This document shows, piece by piece, positions 63,119-64,000 of a stretch of 64,000 bases of DNA; position 1 is the first letter of the stretch, and each line of letters begins with the position of its first letter. The position numbers and the translations under genes were made by a program. This DNA comes from Mobula hypostoma (taxonomy: Eukaryota): contig NC_086097.1 in assembly GCF_963921235.1 (NCBI RefSeq), positions 251,474,001-251,538,000 on the forward strand, read 5' to 3'. The notes beneath the pieces are model-generated. The model ran no database searches. It had not been told where the DNA came from and saw only the letters and a list, made by a program, of their open reading frames with translations.

Positions 63119-64000
63119 CGTCAAATCAAATCAGCAACGATTGCAGTGGGGTACTCTAACCCTCGGTAACCTTAATGTGTACGTCTTTGGACTGTGGGAG
63201 AAAACAGGAGAACCGGGAGGAAACTCACGCAGTCATGAGGAGAACATACAGCTGACTGCTAGCACTGTGATAGCATTACACAACTACGTACTACACTACT
63301 GTATTTAAAAAGAGTCATTGTTTGACCCAATTTATTCTCACTAACATGACTGAACGTTCAGTTTTGTTACAAGCTGCTAGAGGGAAGGTGCTGTAAGCAT
63401 GCTACATTCTTTATAGGTATAATTCACTGTGGGGAGTGGATTGATTGTGAGTAGTGATGGAAAAAGTTCAGATGTGCACAAATGAAGCCGTAGACAAAAG
63501 AAAACCCAAGTTTCTGTCTGAAATATCAGGGCGGCACAGTAGCTTAAGAGGTTAGTGTATTGCTGTTCCTGTGCCAGCCACCTGATTTCAATTCCTGCTG
63601 CTGTCTTTCAGCCAGGTTGGATCTGCAAGAAATGTCAGTCCCCGCCACCCCCCCAATTTCTCTGCTGTATTTTGTGATGTAAGAGGCTGATTCCAGATGG
63701 TCCTGAGGGACCTTCATTCCTCCAGTAATTTTCTTCATTAACGTGTGATTATATGGATGATGAGATTTTTGATGCCTTGGAGAGCTAGCTGTTAATTAAT
63801 TTTTTCCATATACAAGAGATTTTGAAGGTGCTGGAAATCCAGAGTAACACATACACAATGCTGGAAGATATCAGCAGGCCAGGCAGCATCTATGGAGGGG
63901 GAATATACTTCAGCAAGGCCTTCATTAAGGTCCTTCATGGTTGGAAAAATGGGAAGAGAGAGGAGAGGGAACAGGAAGCATCAGGGAGACATTCTGTAAT

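Overview
This is vertebrate genomic DNA, most likely a cartilaginous fish (shark or ray), judging by its repeat repertoire. It is almost entirely nested transposable elements: CR1, Rex1/Babar and RTE LINEs, Penelope-like elements (PLEs), V-SINEs, a Ty3/gypsy chromovirus remnant, and hAT, Tc1 and pogo/Tigger DNA transposons. One host gene is recognisable, the 5' part of DPY19L4 on the + strand. It has coding exons at 47305-47540 and 56222-56343, joined in phase, and a probable CpG-rich promoter near 37.2-37.7 kb. The most interesting structure is a family of PLE insertions carrying minimal hammerhead ribozymes. Seven have 12-15 bp target-site duplications, several short ones end right at the ribozyme's 5' edge, and the inverted arms all stop about 30-38 nt short of the element terminus. 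Other notable items are a 0.7 kb non-autonomous retroposon with a YY1-motif head and Rex1-like tail (4 copies), a 50x33 bp in-frame VNTR expanded inside a Tc1 transposase remnant, a four-level DNA transposon nest, and an RTE-derived bipartite SINE. There are no prokaryotic features or CRISPR arrays. Family assignments are from memory of protein and repeat motifs, not database searches. Boundaries of old repeats are approximate.
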